Part shown: positions 12,525 through 26,876 of the stretch, in pieces
Numbering within the stretch: position 1 is the first letter of the stretch
How the letters are laid out: the number at the start of each line of letters is the position of its first letter
DNA from: the human T2T-CHM13v2.0 reference genome, Homo sapiens
Reading direction: 5' to 3' (one strand)
NCBI RefSeq assembly: GCF_009914755.1
Contig: NC_060928.1
Length of the DNA: 64,000 nt
The notes under the pieces: generated by a model
Seen by the model: the letters and a program-made list of their open reading frames with translations, nothing else
Told to the model about the DNA's origin: nothing
The model's database searches: none
Translations under genes and position numbers: made by a program

Positions 12525-12700
12525 GAGAGCTCATTTTTATTGTGTGCCTTACATGTATTTAGTCATTACAGTAACCCAAGATGTAGGCGCTATGCTATTT
12601 ACAAAGGAGGAAACTCAGTCATAGAAAGATTCCCATGTTCCCATTGATGAGCCCTGAATCCTAAGGAGACAATCTGTCTTCAAAGCCAGCACTTTTTGTT
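12525..12700 (-). mobile_element. MIR fragment
   Basis: MIR core on the reverse strand: 'atttacaaaggaggaaactcagtcatagaaagatt'. Confidence 0.55.
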
Positions 12701-13619
12701 AACACAATAGAGCCTCCCACCAGTGGTATCCTTTTAAACATTTAAAATGTAAAGATACCACTTTTCCATTTTCTCTCACTATGATCCTGACTTTTTATGT
12801 CACAAGTCAATCCATGGCCATTTTAAGAAATGGAATATGTTGCTAAACATATGGAAACTCTTTCTGCTTGGCTGACAGCTGAGACTTTAGCCATTGTCAG
12901 TGTTGCAAATAGACAACCTCTTCCTTTTCTAATTATGCTGCTGCTTCCTTTGGAGCCTTGCCTAAATTTTTGCTGAAGCATTAGGTAGACACAACCAGGT
13001 CAAACTGCAGAATCTCAACCCCCAGCACTTCTGCTCCTGGCATTTTCCCATGGCTCAGTCTTTCACAAATACTCTAAGAATGGCAGATCTCTGTGACAGT
13101 TTTTTCTTGGGCTTCTTTGCCATAAGCACTCAATAGCTGCTACATGATTTAAGTTATATCTCGCTGGCCTCTCTATCACTGTCTTTCTCTTCCTTTCCTG
13201 CTCTTTAATATTTTAAAATCCCCTTCTCCTAGGCTGCATTTGTGCCTTCAAATAATAAATATGAATTTCTTTAAAATAACAAAATGTCTATTTTGATAAC
13301 ATAAAGAGATGTCTTCTACTTCAGATCTCTGTAATTTTAATATAGCTTTATTCTTACATACACAGCTATACTGATGAATTTGTTCCCATTAATTTTATAA
13401 TGACATATATTCCATTCCATACTTAGTCTAGTGTCATAAATAATTATTTCCCAAGGAATGTTTATTTTATGGAATGGAATCAAATAAAATAATCTGTTTC
13501 ATGACACAGGACAGTTAAGTGGCAAACGAACAAATCGTGTTCCATTTACTTTCTTTTTTAAAAATAAAGTATACTAAAATACTTATATAATAATGATATA
13601 TATGTTTTTATTCAGTAGA

Positions 13620-14001
13620 CAGTATTAGCTTCCTGTGCATTTGTGCATTCAGTGTATATGTATATAATAGATATATGCCTTTAGAAAGGATTTTCTTATC
13701 TCCATGTCAACAGTCAAAGGACAAGGTAATAAGTAATCAAATCCCATCACTTTACACTTATCTTACTAGATTTTGCTATTGAAGTAATTTACATCTATAT
13801 TGTGTCTGAATGGTGAAAATAATGGTATGTTACTGTGCATCTCTTCCATTTCCACAGTCATTGATGTAACACAAACAGCTCGAAATCAGTCTTTTTGGAA
13901 GTGTTCACACCACAGAAATCAACAAACACAATCACACATTCAGGGATTTTTTTTTTTTTTCACAGAGATCTAGTTGCTAATTATTTACCAGCACTCAACT
14001 A
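13620..14001. mobile_element. Arthur1-like hAT-Tip100 fragment
   Basis: 'aatggtatgttactgtgcatctcttcc...cacaccacagaaatcaacaaacac...cagggattttt...agttgctaattatttaccagcactcaact' matches my recollection of the Arthur1 terminus. Confidence 0.65.
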
Positions 14002-14439
14002 GTTTTAGGCTTGACTTAATGTAGAGACACAAGTTAGGCTTTCAATTCTCTCCTTTCTCTACTGCCTTCCCTTCCTGCCTTGCTTCCTCTACACATCTCT
14101 TTCTCTCTTCACTCCTCTTCTCTATCTCAATTCATTATTGTTTCTACTCCATATGTATGTGTACCTTATTCCCTCCTGCTAAAGAAAGGCTTTCTCTATG
14201 GGGTGAGAGAAATGGAAGCAACAAACGATCATCATGAAATAGAGTTCCATGACCTGAAAACTTCTTCAACTCCATTTTGCAAAGTGCAAATCGGAGGCCT
14301 TGGAGTGGCCTTTGATTGTTCTAATACCCACACCTGGAACAATGCCTATTGTCAAGTTAATGGGTAACTAGATTGATGAGTCTACATCATTACCACCTGA
14401 GAATTTAATGAAGCGGGCTACGGGGATCTGGAGTCACAC

Positions 14440-14780
14440 CAGAATGACTCTATTTTGGAGATAGGGTCTTTAAAGAGGAGATTAAGTTTAAATGACACAG
14501 TTAAGGTAGGCCTAATCTAATCTGACTGGTGGTCTTTATAAGAAGAGAAAATGTAGACACATATAGAGACACCAGGGGTGTAGCTGGGTATAAGGAAGTC
14601 CATGTGAGGACACTGTGAGGGAGTGGACATCTGCAAGCCAAAGAGAGAGGTCTTAGAAGTAACTAAACTCCTGACACCTTGATTTGTATTTTTAGCCTCC
14701 AAACTGTGGGAATTAAATTTCTGTTATCTAAGCCACTCAGTGTGTATACTCTGTTATAAGAGGCTTAATAAACTAATACA
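14440..14780 (+). mobile_element. MLT1B/MLT1A-type MaLR solo LTR
   Basis: 'ttggagatagggtctttaaagaggagattaagtt...ccatgtgaggacac...catctgcaagccaaagagagagg...cctgacaccttgattt...ttagcctccaaactgtg...aactaataca'. Confidence 0.88.
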
Positions 14781-17700
14781 CTTGCATTAGCTTTCCAGGG
14801 TATAGAGGGCTATAAGTATCCTGTATATGCCGCCTACCATCACCATGCCATTTACCCCAGCACTGAATTGAAACTGGATGATGTCAATTGATGATGATGA
14901 AAAAGAGGTGTTTCTGAGTTTGTATTAGGATGAGATATCAAGCTTGAAAGCATCTTGAGTACTATAATTTACCTATCAGATAGGATACATCAGCAGATGC
15001 ATTTTTCCTTAGTACTTGCCTTTATCTGCAGGGCCTGGTTTCTCTTCTGGGAGATGGTGGAATGTATTCTTTGACTTGGGGATTTATAACAGTTGGTACA
15101 GAATTCTGCCTGGAATGCACTCTATTTCTAAGGAAGGAAGTTTGAGACCATGCAATGAGTTAGGGAGTGGGAAGAAGCAGTTGTCAAAGGCAGGTAAAAG
15201 GCATGACTTGGCTAAAATATGGAGAAAAACATATCCTATAACAAAATAGTAATTTTAATAATTTAAACAGTTGTGCTTTTCTTTGATAGTTACCTCACAT
15301 TGTCAGCTTCTAGAAACATTCTCATCTGCTTACCCCTTCAACTCCATTTTTCAACTTATAACATCTTTTCTTTTAGCTTATTAAGCAATCTTTATTATAG
15401 TCTAAAAATCACTTATATTTACTTTGATATTACCAAGACATTATAATCTCTACCTTAATTTATTATTTATTATGTAAGATTGGCTTCTAATATGAGGCTA
15501 GATGATTATTTCAATGGCATAAAGAACCAAGACTTTTTACAATAATTTGTACTTATTTTCCTTGTTTCATTGCTATGATTTTTAATGATTGAAATTTCCA
15601 GAAATCTACTTTATCATGGGTTATTACAGTAAATTTAATTGCAAGAAGTAATAAAGCAATTAAAGATTATAATATATTTTATAGCTTTCTACTTGAGAAG
15701 ACAGAATTAATCACATGATATGCCACAAATTTAAATATCTTTAAAACAATTATATTTATGGTTCTCAGAACATTGTGTGTTTTTCAAAAATGCATGTTTT
15801 ATATTTCATACAAATATTCAAAGTTCACTAATACTATTGAACTATTAAAAGATCTACAAAGTTTATCAGCACTAAGAAATCATTGTTTTTCTAGTAATAT
15901 ATATTGATATGTTTATAGATAAATACAATATATAATTATAAGTGAATCTACACTACATACTGGTTCTATTTAGATATACATTGAAATAAAATATTTTCAT
16001 AATTCATATTGTATGTTATAATTATTCTCTGTTACACACCTGAACAAATATTCTTATAAAAATATGCATTGTTTCAGGTATTTTATTCATTGTAAAACTT
16101 TTTGTAAACAAATGTTACATATTTACCTCTTGGTGATAGTTGAACATTTTTCATGGATGTTAATAAACAATTTATTTTGGTAGTGAACACAAACAGGATT
16201 GATTGACATAGATATGGTTTTATTTGCAGTGTTCATACATAAACTTAGAAGATCACAGACATTCATTGTGAGTATTTTACAAACCCAGATTGTGTACTAT
16301 GGTATCATGTTTATTTCTTACCCATATATTTTAGTATTTTTCCTCCTAAGGAGCTAGCCACTTTTAAGAAATTTCAAGAAAGGTGAATCTGAATTCCCAA
16401 ATGATAGAAACAGTTCAGTTATTTTATTACAATATAGCAAGCTGCTGCAGATGTCAGTGACCAGTTAAAAAGGTTGAAATGTAGAGCTGTTGAATCGAGA
16501 CCCACAATGACCCAAGAGCAATTTACTTCCTTCAGATGATTGGGATGTGTTCAAAAATACCATTTGAGCAATAAATTTCTGGATATCCAGAGACTTTAAG
16601 TGAGTCAGTTGTCTTTTGAAAATTCTTCATATAATGGCTTTATTTTAGGCACCAATAGGAAGGCATTAAAATCATTTCATTGCCACAGGTGTGTGCATAT
16701 GCACATGAAAGTCAAACGGTGAGAGAGGAGAGGCAGCAAACATGATCATTTAATTATAGTCAAGTTTACTTTTAATTAGTATTACTGAAATATTTTTAAT
16801 TTGCAGCTTATTAATCTATTGTTTCAATAGCAAATATCCTTAATTATTTCAAATCAGGCTTCATGATCATTTAATGCCATGTGATGGTAATATGTACTTG
16901 TGAATTACTGCTAGACCTAAAATATTAACAAATCAGCCAAATACTTTAAATAAAAATTTAGCAATTCAAAAGTGCTTGCTTATAAGAAAGTATGATTTTT
17001 TTACTCTTGATGGTAATAAGAATAAATAAATATGACATGGTAATTTGACCATTTCTATCTCACCAGAAAAACATTTCTATTAAAGCAATGAGGCAAAGGC
17101 AAATACAGCTCATTCAAAATGCATAGTAAATCATTGAGAGGGTTCAGTTTATATTTCATTGTAGTTATTTCTTATCAGGATTACAGAATTTTTAGAGTAA
17201 TCTAGTCTTCAATTTAATAAAACATATAATAGCTTTGAATAGTTTTTCCTTCTTCTACATAATCAGATATTAAGAATCTCAAAAATGTAATTAAGAGATA
17301 ATTATGTAGGTAATGTTTAACATGCAAAAGAGGCATATCAAACATTAGTATATCTAAATTTCAGTTAAAGAAAAGTTGTGATGCATAGCACTTAAAACAC
17401 TTGTTCAACTTTGTAATGAATCAGTAGTACAGGTAAAACAAGGACCAAACTCTAAATGCCATGCTTTCCATTATTATAGGTCATAGGAGTACATAATATT
17501 GCCTAGTGAGGCCAAAGTAACACCTAAGTTCCTGCCTACAGAGAAAGTATGTGAAAAAGTGGGTGAACTTTGTAACGGTCATTCACAAAACAGGAATGAA
17601 TCAAAAAATATGTACTTTCTTTGCAAAAGAATGCAGAAAGACTCCTGAGACCACCTAAAAAATTGCAAGAAATCAATTCGTAAATATTTAGAGTCCTTTT

Positions 17701-18794
17701 GTTAAGAAATTTGTAAAGAGTGGTAATTATATAATTAGGTCTGTGCAGAAGGGGAAGAAGCAGGCCTTTGGTCACAAATTTAAGTTGCATTAAAAACATT
17801 ATCAAAGTATTCATTACAGGCACAATGATAGGCAAATTAAAGACAATCTCGGGTAAGAGATGAACACTTGTGTTTTCTCTGTATGTGGAGGGGGGTGTAT
17901 TTGTGGCATTTAAGGCAGGATAGAGATGTGTAAGGGAGGTATTTGTCTATAAAAAATCATGTTCTATTTTACTAGGAATTCCTCATCTTTACCTTTTTTT
18001 CTCAGCTGAATACATGCTCCAGCCAGTTCCAGTCTTTTCATCTGTACTGTCTCCTCTTTTCCCTTTCTGCCTCTTCCAGAAGACTGAATCATTAATAAAC
18101 TTTCTGCATCTTCTTCCCTACTAGCTCCTTTCCCTCAGATAGGCTGAACTGTCTTCCACCTTAAAATAAACAACTCCACGCTGAAGGGAAACTCTTTCTT
18201 CAAATTTAAATTGCATGCTTCACTCCATTCACTTCAATTGTCTTAAAATATGTGTCCACTTTCACCCATTTCTGCTTCAGTGACCCAACTCTGAAGCTCT
18301 TTGATATAATTTCCTCATCATCAAATGCAATGATTTTTTTCCACAGTCCTTGTTATTAGTAAACTCTCCCAGGCCACAGATTCCATTAACCATGCCCTCC
18401 TTCTTGAAAGTCCCCATGTCCTGGGTTTCTACACCATTTTTCCTGTAGCTCCTCGTGGCGCACTCTTTGCTGTAACCACACTGGAATATTATGAAGAGCC
18501 ACACTATTTCACACCTCTTTACCTCAGCACATACTCTTTCTTCTGCTAGGAACTTTCATTCTCCCATGTTATGCCTGAATTTTTACCCTTCCTTAAATTT
18601 TCAGCTTCATTGTTAATTATTTTGTGATTCTCCCTTATGCCTTCCTACCATGAACCCAGGAATAATCAATCATTCTTTCTGTTCTGCTGTAAATTCTTTG
18701 TATTTTAATATGCCAGTGTTTGCATTTTCTTATAATGTGCTTGGTCTGCTCTGCAAGGATATGAACTTCTTAGAAGCAGAGGCAAATCCTTGAC

Positions 18795-18960
18795 ATATAG
18801 CACAGACTTTGGAATCACATAGACCATGACTCAAGCCTTGTTGATCCACATTTAGCTGAGTGACTATGGACAAGTTGTTTCAGCTCACTAACCTTCAGGT
18901 CCCTTATCTGTAACACGACCATCACAAAGTATCAGAAGGATTAAATGATATAATATATGA
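18795..18960 (+). mobile_element. MIR
   Basis: 'agcacagactttggaatcacatagacc...tagctgagtgactatggacaagttg...ccttatctgtaa...aggattaaatga'. Confidence 0.7.
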
Positions 18961-19466
18961 CTCAGGAAGTGCCAAAGTGGATTATTAAAGGAATGTCAAA
19001 TAAATAATTGATTAAGACAATGAAACTCTAACATGGATATAAACACAATAAATGTTTGATAAATTTATATTGAATAAATAGATGAATTAATTAATGAGAG
19101 GTATTTCCTTTGTATGAAGATTTTTTGTTTTATCTTTTACACTGACTTTCTCCAATCTCATAGAAAATTTAAATCCTCACTGTCACTCCATTAAAATAGT
19201 ATTCATATTTTTATTTCTGTCATGCTTATTTGAAATGACATTTTATCTCACCAGAATTTTGACTCCATAAAATAAAGACACATGACTTCCTTTTTTTATT
19301 TGCCAGAGCCTACCCTGACTCATAGTAGCTATTTAATATAATTTATATATTTCAATGGTAGCATTTTATTAAATTAGTTAAAATTATTTTTGAGTGAATT
19401 TAACTCTTACCTGTCAATAGTGGCTTAAAGAGCATATAAGTCTGATGAATTAACAGTGAATTTGGA

Positions 19467-19743
19467 AAAGAAAACCAAATACCAAATGGTCTTACTTGTA
19501 ACTGGGAGCTAAACATTGAGTACACATGTACACAAACATGACAACAACAGACAATGTGGACTTCTAGAGGTTGGAGGGAGGGTTGAGGGAAAGGGTTGAA
19601 AAACTACACATCGGGTACCATGCCTGCTTCCTGGGTGATGATATCTGTGCACCAAACCTTAGCATCATGCAACATTCCCATGTAACAAACCTGCACATGT
19701 ACCCCCATATCTAAAATCAATTTGAAATTAAAAAAAAAAAAAA
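19467..19743 (+). mobile_element. L1PB / old L1PA 3' end with poly(A)
   Basis: 'gaaaaccaaatacc...gggagctaaacattgagtacacatg...agggttgaaaaactac...ccatgtaacaaacctgcacatgtacccc' followed by an A14 tail. Confidence 0.88.
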
Positions 19744-20280
19744 GATGAGAACTGTGAACAGATCTGTGGTGCAATGACTCCAGAGTGCCAGAGGACCAAA
19801 ATTCTTTTTTTCTTTCTTTCTTCATCATGTGGCTTCACCTTATCATCCCTAAATACAAGGGGTGGTCTGGGCTACAGACTTTATTTTGAGTAGCCATATG
19901 CAAAAACTCAAATTTGAGAGTAGAGAACTAGTAGTATGTGCTATAATTAAAATCACACAAAATGTTTGAATTAATGTGCTGTATTTCCCTCATGCTGAAC
20001 AAGACATTTAATCCAATAGAAGACTTATTACTACTTTCTTACATTTAGGAGAAAACATATAACTGTCTTCTTTTTCCCTTCTCTGAATTCTGGGCTGAAA
20101 AGATCACTCCAGGGGCAGAGACATTTACTGAGAAAGCCATCAAAATATTTGCTTATCTGTGCTTGAGGAACATAGAGTGATATTCTTATACCACAATGAG
20201 AACAGCTAATTTAATTATACATGTTTCGAACACTGCAATTTCTGGAGAGAAGTTGTGATGTGTGTTTGTGTGAGTGAGGA

Positions 20281-20303
20281 TGTGTGTGTGTGTGTGTGTG
20301 TGT
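20281..20303. repeat. (TG)n microsatellite
   Basis: About 11 TG units, read directly. Confidence 0.95.
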
Positions 20304-22521
20304 CTGTGTTTTGAGGATACTTAGCCTTAAATTAGAATCTACGTAAACAAGATGATATGAAAGTCAGGAAAAGTAAACTTTAAATATATGTTTTAAAAAA
20401 TTACACAATAGTAAAGTTTTACGAACAAGTGCAGGATAATATATTTCCAAATAAAGGTACACAAGTTTTCAAAATTTATCTCAATAAAAATGTATTATTA
20501 ATGTAAATAATAAAAAAATTTAGAAAGGGGAAAATTTTTTAAATGAAGATTGAAAGTTTATAGTTTATAGAACAATGTCTTATTTTTGCCAATCTCTTTG
20601 CCATAATGAAATTGAGTATTCTGCTTAGCTCTTACTTCAAAATATCCATTTGGAAAGGAAATAATATTTTGTGTTTTCTACATCTGGTTTAAAGGATAAA
20701 AATTCAAATATAAATTATAGTCACCAAACTAGTTTTATTCAATAAAAGTTCTGGCATATCTGCTATTCCCACTTGGAAGCTATTCTTTATAAAAAGCCAT
20801 TTTGAAACTATAACCATACAGAATTAATTGTAAGCCTTTTGGATGTCCCAAATCTAGCATTGTGAGACTACTTCTTACAGCTACCTAGTGACAGAATGAC
20901 AAATGAATGTCCTATTCACTGTAGTGTAAAGATGACTGACTTAATGAGCTGTGTCCTACTTGTCAATTAAGTTTCTACCTCTGTATGTCACTTTAGAGAT
21001 AAAGCAATTCCCTGAAACCACAGTATAAAGGAGAGAAAGATGTATATGGTACCTGTCTTTACCTTAAAGGCGAATAGTCCTGCACATCAGATAAAAAATT
21101 ATTTGTTATTATTACTATATTTATTATTTATATATGCCATATGCATGTATATTGTCTACTAATAGATTCAATCACTTTAGATGACCATGGTTTCCCATGT
21201 TCTTTTTGTTATTTGATTCTGCATATGACATTGCTTACTTAATTCTAGTCATTCAAAATCTATCACTAATATTGTAATTCCATTTTCCAGAAATAAAACA
21301 AAATTCATATTCCAATATTGCAAATATACATACTATACACTAGTGTAATGGCCTTGGGAATATAGGTCAAAGGAAAGTGATAAGTTAATATAAATAGAAA
21401 AATAACCATTGTTGTTTATAGGATTTTTATTAAACTTAACACACACCTTTTTAGTCTTAAGAACTGATTACTTCATAAGTATAATATGAATTATTTTTAT
21501 CTGGAGGTGAATTTCCTGACTAGAAATAAATACTATCTTAGAGATCAATGGAGTACAAGAAGGTATATAACATTAATATTTTTCTTTCTAATTTTAAATA
21601 TAGGAAAGGTGAAATGATTGTTTTCACTCATTGTACAATGTTAACAGTCTACTTGAAGGTTGCATCATGTCACGCGATGTTTCAGGCTTTTTCCACTTGA
21701 AATATATTTACAATTACTAGGAAAAGCCTCACGCAAAAAAGATACTTTAAAACCATTACTGTAAAAAGTGGATGAGTCTTTCCTCCAAGCTGGAATTTTT
21801 TTCCAATTATCCTTAATTGGTTATCTGTATCTCTACTCCTGTGTTACTGGTTTATTTTTAAGACAGCTGGGTCTACAGAGAGATCCAGTTTCAAGAACTA
21901 AACAATAGATTTGATTCTTCCTTGTTCCTTGCTTTTTTCACCAACAATTTACACGACATATTTTTCTATTATCATATTTTCATTCCTGTCCTTCTTGTCC
22001 TCTGAATTTCTATACCCACTATCTAATATCAGGCCATTATTTACCAAAACTCCACCTCCCATTCCAGTCCCTTCGCTCCTTACCATTATGTTTGGTCTTT
22101 CCATTCTTAACAAGCAATATGCCTAAATTTAAACAGTATACTGAAAGCCTGGAGTTTATCCCTCTAATGGCAACTGCACCTTTGGAAAGCATAATAGGGT
22201 CAAAAATACAAGTAAATTTGTGTGTGTTTCTGTTGCATTTTTCAACACTTTTTTTCCAGAAGATAGTATGAAAATCATTATTGATAATCAGTTGCAATCA
22301 AACTATGAATTTACTTAAATAAGGCTGTACCATTAGATTTCACTTAAGGTTTTTCCACTGGAGTTTAAGTTAAAGGATATCACTGTTATGAAGCAAAAAC
22401 TTCTCTCCTGTGAATATCTTACCTGATGCATTAGAGAAGTTATCCAAAATGTCAGCATTTTTCTTCAACATCTTGTACGTAGTTGGTTTTATGTACGGAC
22501 ATTGTTAACTTCTCACCATTG

Positions 22522-25200
22522 CAGGGATACCTTTAAGCATTTTGCTTTATGGCACTTCACAGATACCGAACTTTTTTTAAAAAATTGGAATCTTGTGGCA
22601 ACCCTGCAGTGAGCAAGTCTGTCAGTACGTTTTAACAATGAACACGTGCTTACTTCATGTCTCTGTGTTATATTTTGGTAGTTCTCAGAATATTTCAAAC
22701 ATTTTCATTAGTATTATATATGTTAAAGGGATCTGTGATCAGTGATATTTGATACTGTTATAATTGTTTTGCAGTGCCATTAACCACGCCCATATGATAG
22801 CAAACTAAATCAATCAGTGTTGTCTGTGTTCTAACTGCTCCAGCAATGGATTGTTCCATTCCCCTCCCGCTCCTCAAGCCTTCCTATTTCTTGAGACAAA
22901 ACAAGGTTGAAATTGGGCCAATTAACAATCCTACAATGATCTTTAAGTGTTGAAGTGAGAGGAAGAGTCATACATCTCTCACTTTTAATCAAAGGCTAGA
23001 AATAATTAAGCTTAGTGAGGAAAGAGTGTTGAAAGCCAAAATAGGCTGAAATCCAGGGCTCTTGCACCAGTTAGCAAAGTTGTGAATGTACAGGGTGTGT
23101 TGGTGTGTTCTTAAAGGAAATGAAAAGTGTTACTCCAGTGAACCCATGGATGATAAAAAAGCAAAAGTGCCTTGTTGCTGATATAGAGAAAGTTTTAGTG
23201 GTCTGGATAGAAGACCAAAGCAGCCACAGCATTTCTTTAAGTCAAAGCCCTAATGCAGAGCAAGTCCTTAACTCTTCAATTTTATGAATGTGAAAGAGGT
23301 AAGGAAGCTGCAGAAGAAAAGTTGGAAGCTAGCAGAGGTTGGCTCCTGAGGTTCACAGAAAGAAGTCATCTTCATAACATAAAACTTTAAGGTGAAGCAG
23401 GAAGTTTTCATGTAGAAGCTGCAGAATGTTATTGAGAAGATATAGCTAAGATCATTGATGAAGGTGGATATACCCAACAACAGATTTCCAATGTAGATAG
23501 GACAGCCTGATATTGGATAAACATGCTATCTAGGACTTTCATAAATCAAAGCCTGGCTTCAAACCTTCAAAGAACAGGCTGACTCTCTTGTTATGGGCTA
23601 ATGAAGCTGTTGACTTTAAGTTGAAGCCATTGCTCATTTGCCATTCTGAAAATCCTAGATCCCTTATGAATTATGCTAAATCTATTATGCCTGTGTTCTA
23701 TAAATGGAACAATAAAGCCTGGATGACAGCACAACTGTTTATAGCATGGTTTACTGAGTATCTTAAGCCCACTTTTGGAGACATAGTGTTCAGAAAACAA
23801 AATTCCTTTCAAATTATGTCTGCTAATTGCCAATGCAACCTGGTCAACCTAGACCTCTGATGGAGTTGTATGAGGAGACTTATGTTGTCTTCATACCTAC
23901 TAACACAACATTCATTCTGAAGAACTGAGTAGTAATTTTAACTTTCAATCTAATTATTTAAGAAATACTTTTCCTAAGGCTAAAGTTGCCATAGACAGTG
24001 ATTCCTCTGATGGACTGGGACAAAATCGTGTGGAAAGGATTCACCATTCTGGATGCCATTCAGAACATTCATGATTCATGGGGGAGGTCAAAATATCAAC
24101 ATGAACAGAAATTTGGAAGTTGATTTCAACCATCATACATGACTTTTAAGGGTTCAAGTCTTCAGTAGAGAAAGTAACTACAGATGTGGATTTGCAAGAG
24201 AATTAGAATTTTAAGTGGAGCCTGAAGAAGTGACTGAATTGCTGCAATCTTATGATAAAATTTTAATGAATGAGGAGTTTGTTTGTTTTTTTTCTTTCTT
24301 TTGAGACGGAGTCTCACACTTTCGCCCAGGCTGGAGTGCAGTGGTGCGATCTCACCTCCCTGCAAGCTCCGACTCCCAGGTTCACGCTATTCTTCTACCT
24401 CAGCCTCCTGCGTAGCTGGGACTACAGGCACCCACCACCACACCTGGCTAATTTTTTGTATTTTTAGTAGAGACGGGGTTTCACCATGTTAGCCAGGATG
24501 GTCTCGATCTCCTGATCTTGTAATCCGCCTGCCTCAGCCTCCCAAAGTGCTGGGATTACAGGCGTGAGCACTGTGTCTGGCCAGGAGCTGGTTTTTATGA
24601 AGGAATAAATAAGAGGTTTTAAGTTTCCATCTCAGGAAACTATTCTTGGTGAATATACTTTGAACATTGTTGAAATGACAACAAAGGATTTCAAATATTG
24701 CATAAACTGATTTGATAAAGCAGTGAAAGATTTCCAGAGGATTGACTCCAATTTTGAAAATCCTACTACGGGTAAAATGATATCAAACAGCATCACATTC
24801 TACAGAGAAATCTTTTGTGAAAGAAAGAAAGAATCAATGTGGCAAACTTCATTTTATTCTTATTTTAAAAAATTGCCTCAGCCCCCCAACCTTCAGCAAC
24901 CAGAACTCTGATCAGTTAGCAGCCATCAACATCAAGATAAAATCCTACACCAGCAAAAATATTATGACTGGCTGAATGCACAATCATTCACAATTTATAG
25001 CAATAAAGAATTTTTTAAATTAAGATATGTGCATTTTGTAGACATAATGCTATTGTTGATTTGATAGACTATAGTATAGTATAAACACAATGTTTATATT
25101 CACTGGGAAACCAAAAAATTCATGTAATTCACTTTATTGTAATATTTGCTTTATAGCTATATTTTGGAATTCAATCCAGAATATCTTTGAGGTCTGACCC
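22522..25200 (+). mobile_element. Tigger1 (TcMar-Tigger), near full length, dead transposase, interrupted by AluY
   Basis: TIR-like ends 'cagggatacct' and 'atatctttgaggtctgaccc|ta'. Transposase debris '[26 protein letters not shown]' (CENP-B HTH) and '[17 protein letters not shown]...[24 protein letters not shown]' (DDE) is split across frames. Confidence 0.95.
24283..24582 (-). mobile_element. AluY nested in Tigger1
   Basis: Y-diagnostic 'tgcaagctcc', 'ttcacgctattc' and 'ttagccaggatggtctcgatctcc'. Degenerate TSD aggagtttgttt / aggagctggttt. Confidence 0.92.
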
Positions 25201-25542
25201 TATTCTTTTATTTTAAATAATTAACAAAAAGATCCAAAATGAATTTCCCCTTCTTCCTTGTTATCTTATAGAAAGTTGCTAGACTATGATTTGTGAAAAT
25301 TATATCCTCAGATTTTTTCCTTGGATTATATTTCCAGATTCACCTTGTAAAAATTCAAACAATTCTAGGAGACAATCATACACAAATAAGTTTGAATGAC
25401 ACCTTGATTGAGGAGTAGATACCTTAACAAAGAGAATAAAGGGTTTCTTTATTCTCTTTATTAGTGAGAATAGTGAGAAAGAAATGATCTGCTGATCCAC
25501 AACTGAAATTTCTTCAGATAGCAGCAACTTGCCTACCTAGAG

Positions 25543-25740
25543 TAGAGTTTCTCAGTCTTGACACTTGACAGAAATTTCTTCATTGTGGGCATTTGTTCTG
25601 TGCATTGTAGAATCTTTAGCAGCATTTCTGGCTTCTGTCCAGTAGATGCCATTAGCACCCCTCTAGTCATCACCATCAAAAATATTTTTCTATTTTGGCA
25701 AATATAGGAGGGCAAAGCTGCCTCTAGCTGAGAACCACTG
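25543..25740. mobile_element. MER20 hAT-Charlie element
   Basis: 'ctgtgcattgtagaatctttagcagcatttctggcttctgtccagtagatgccattagcacccc...gggcaaagctgcctctagctgagaaccactg'. Confidence 0.88.
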
Positions 25741-26876
25741 ACAAGAAGAAGAATGGAGTAATAATCATATTTAGTACTTCACAAATATCATTTTATGCAA
25801 TACTTACAACAAACCAAAGAATTGTCTTTTTTTTTCTGGACTAAGGCCCAGAGAAGTTAATTTTTAAATTGAAGATTACAGACTTAACAAGTGGCAAACC
25901 TCAGAACTCAACATTATAATTTATACTGGAAAATTCTACAGAGTTGAATAGAACGTAAGAGGTGACAAATAAACATTGTGTCCACCTAACAATTTTGCTG
26001 AGGGCCAGCACCGGTCAGCTTTCTTTTTGTTAACATCAATTTTACAAGGCTTTGCTTACTCGAGATGTTGGTCTATGTATAGAATTTTAAAAGCGATTTA
26101 ATTTTATTTTCTACTTTGTACTCAGAGCTTGGATTGTAGTTGTTAGACTATGATTTGTGAAAGTGCTTGGAAGCCAGGAAAAAGGCAGAGTTTTGCTATT
26201 ACAATGATAGATTTGATGGCATTTCAAAGTAAATATTGCCTATAAAGAGAGTAAGAGTATACAAAACCTGGGAGATCAGCTATAAACTGTCAGCATTTTT
26301 CACCTTTTCTCTTGAAACTTATCTATGAAATGTTAACTTCTGAAAATTGCAGTTGAAGACTAAGGTAGAAGTTGAAAATGAGAGGAAAAGTGATTAGTTT
26401 ATTTATCCTATTCATTTATTCATTCGGTCAACAAGTATGTAATTTCCATGAGGGTAAGGACTTGATTTCATTCCTGTTATGACTGCCATTTCGCCTGAAC
26501 CCTATACAGTACCTGAAAGGCAGTTATCAATATTAAATATTTATCAAATGAAAACCAGTGTGAAAGCATAAGAACATGTTTCTTATCCTTTACGTATGTG
26601 AGAAAATGTGCTAAGTACACTAACTTTAAAGAGCTAATAGTTTAGGAAGGTGTGTGGGGCAGGGAGTAGATGTGCATAAAGACACTTAATGAGATAATAT
26701 AATATGTTAAGTTTAAATAAAGTTATAAATATATGACAGTACCAAGCATTTTAAGTCTAAGTAAATCAATCCTTCCTTACTTATTAATCCTACCCATTTT
26801 AAGCCAAAGTCTAGATTATTAAATTATGGCTCTACCAACTTTAATTGAGCAGGATTTATCATTACTGTCTACATCT

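Noticed and set aside
23105-24911. Transposase-like ORFs, as a possible domesticated TIGD gene
   Set aside because: Multiple stops and frameshifts plus an AluY insertion; this is a decayed Tigger1. The same applies to 48496-50392.
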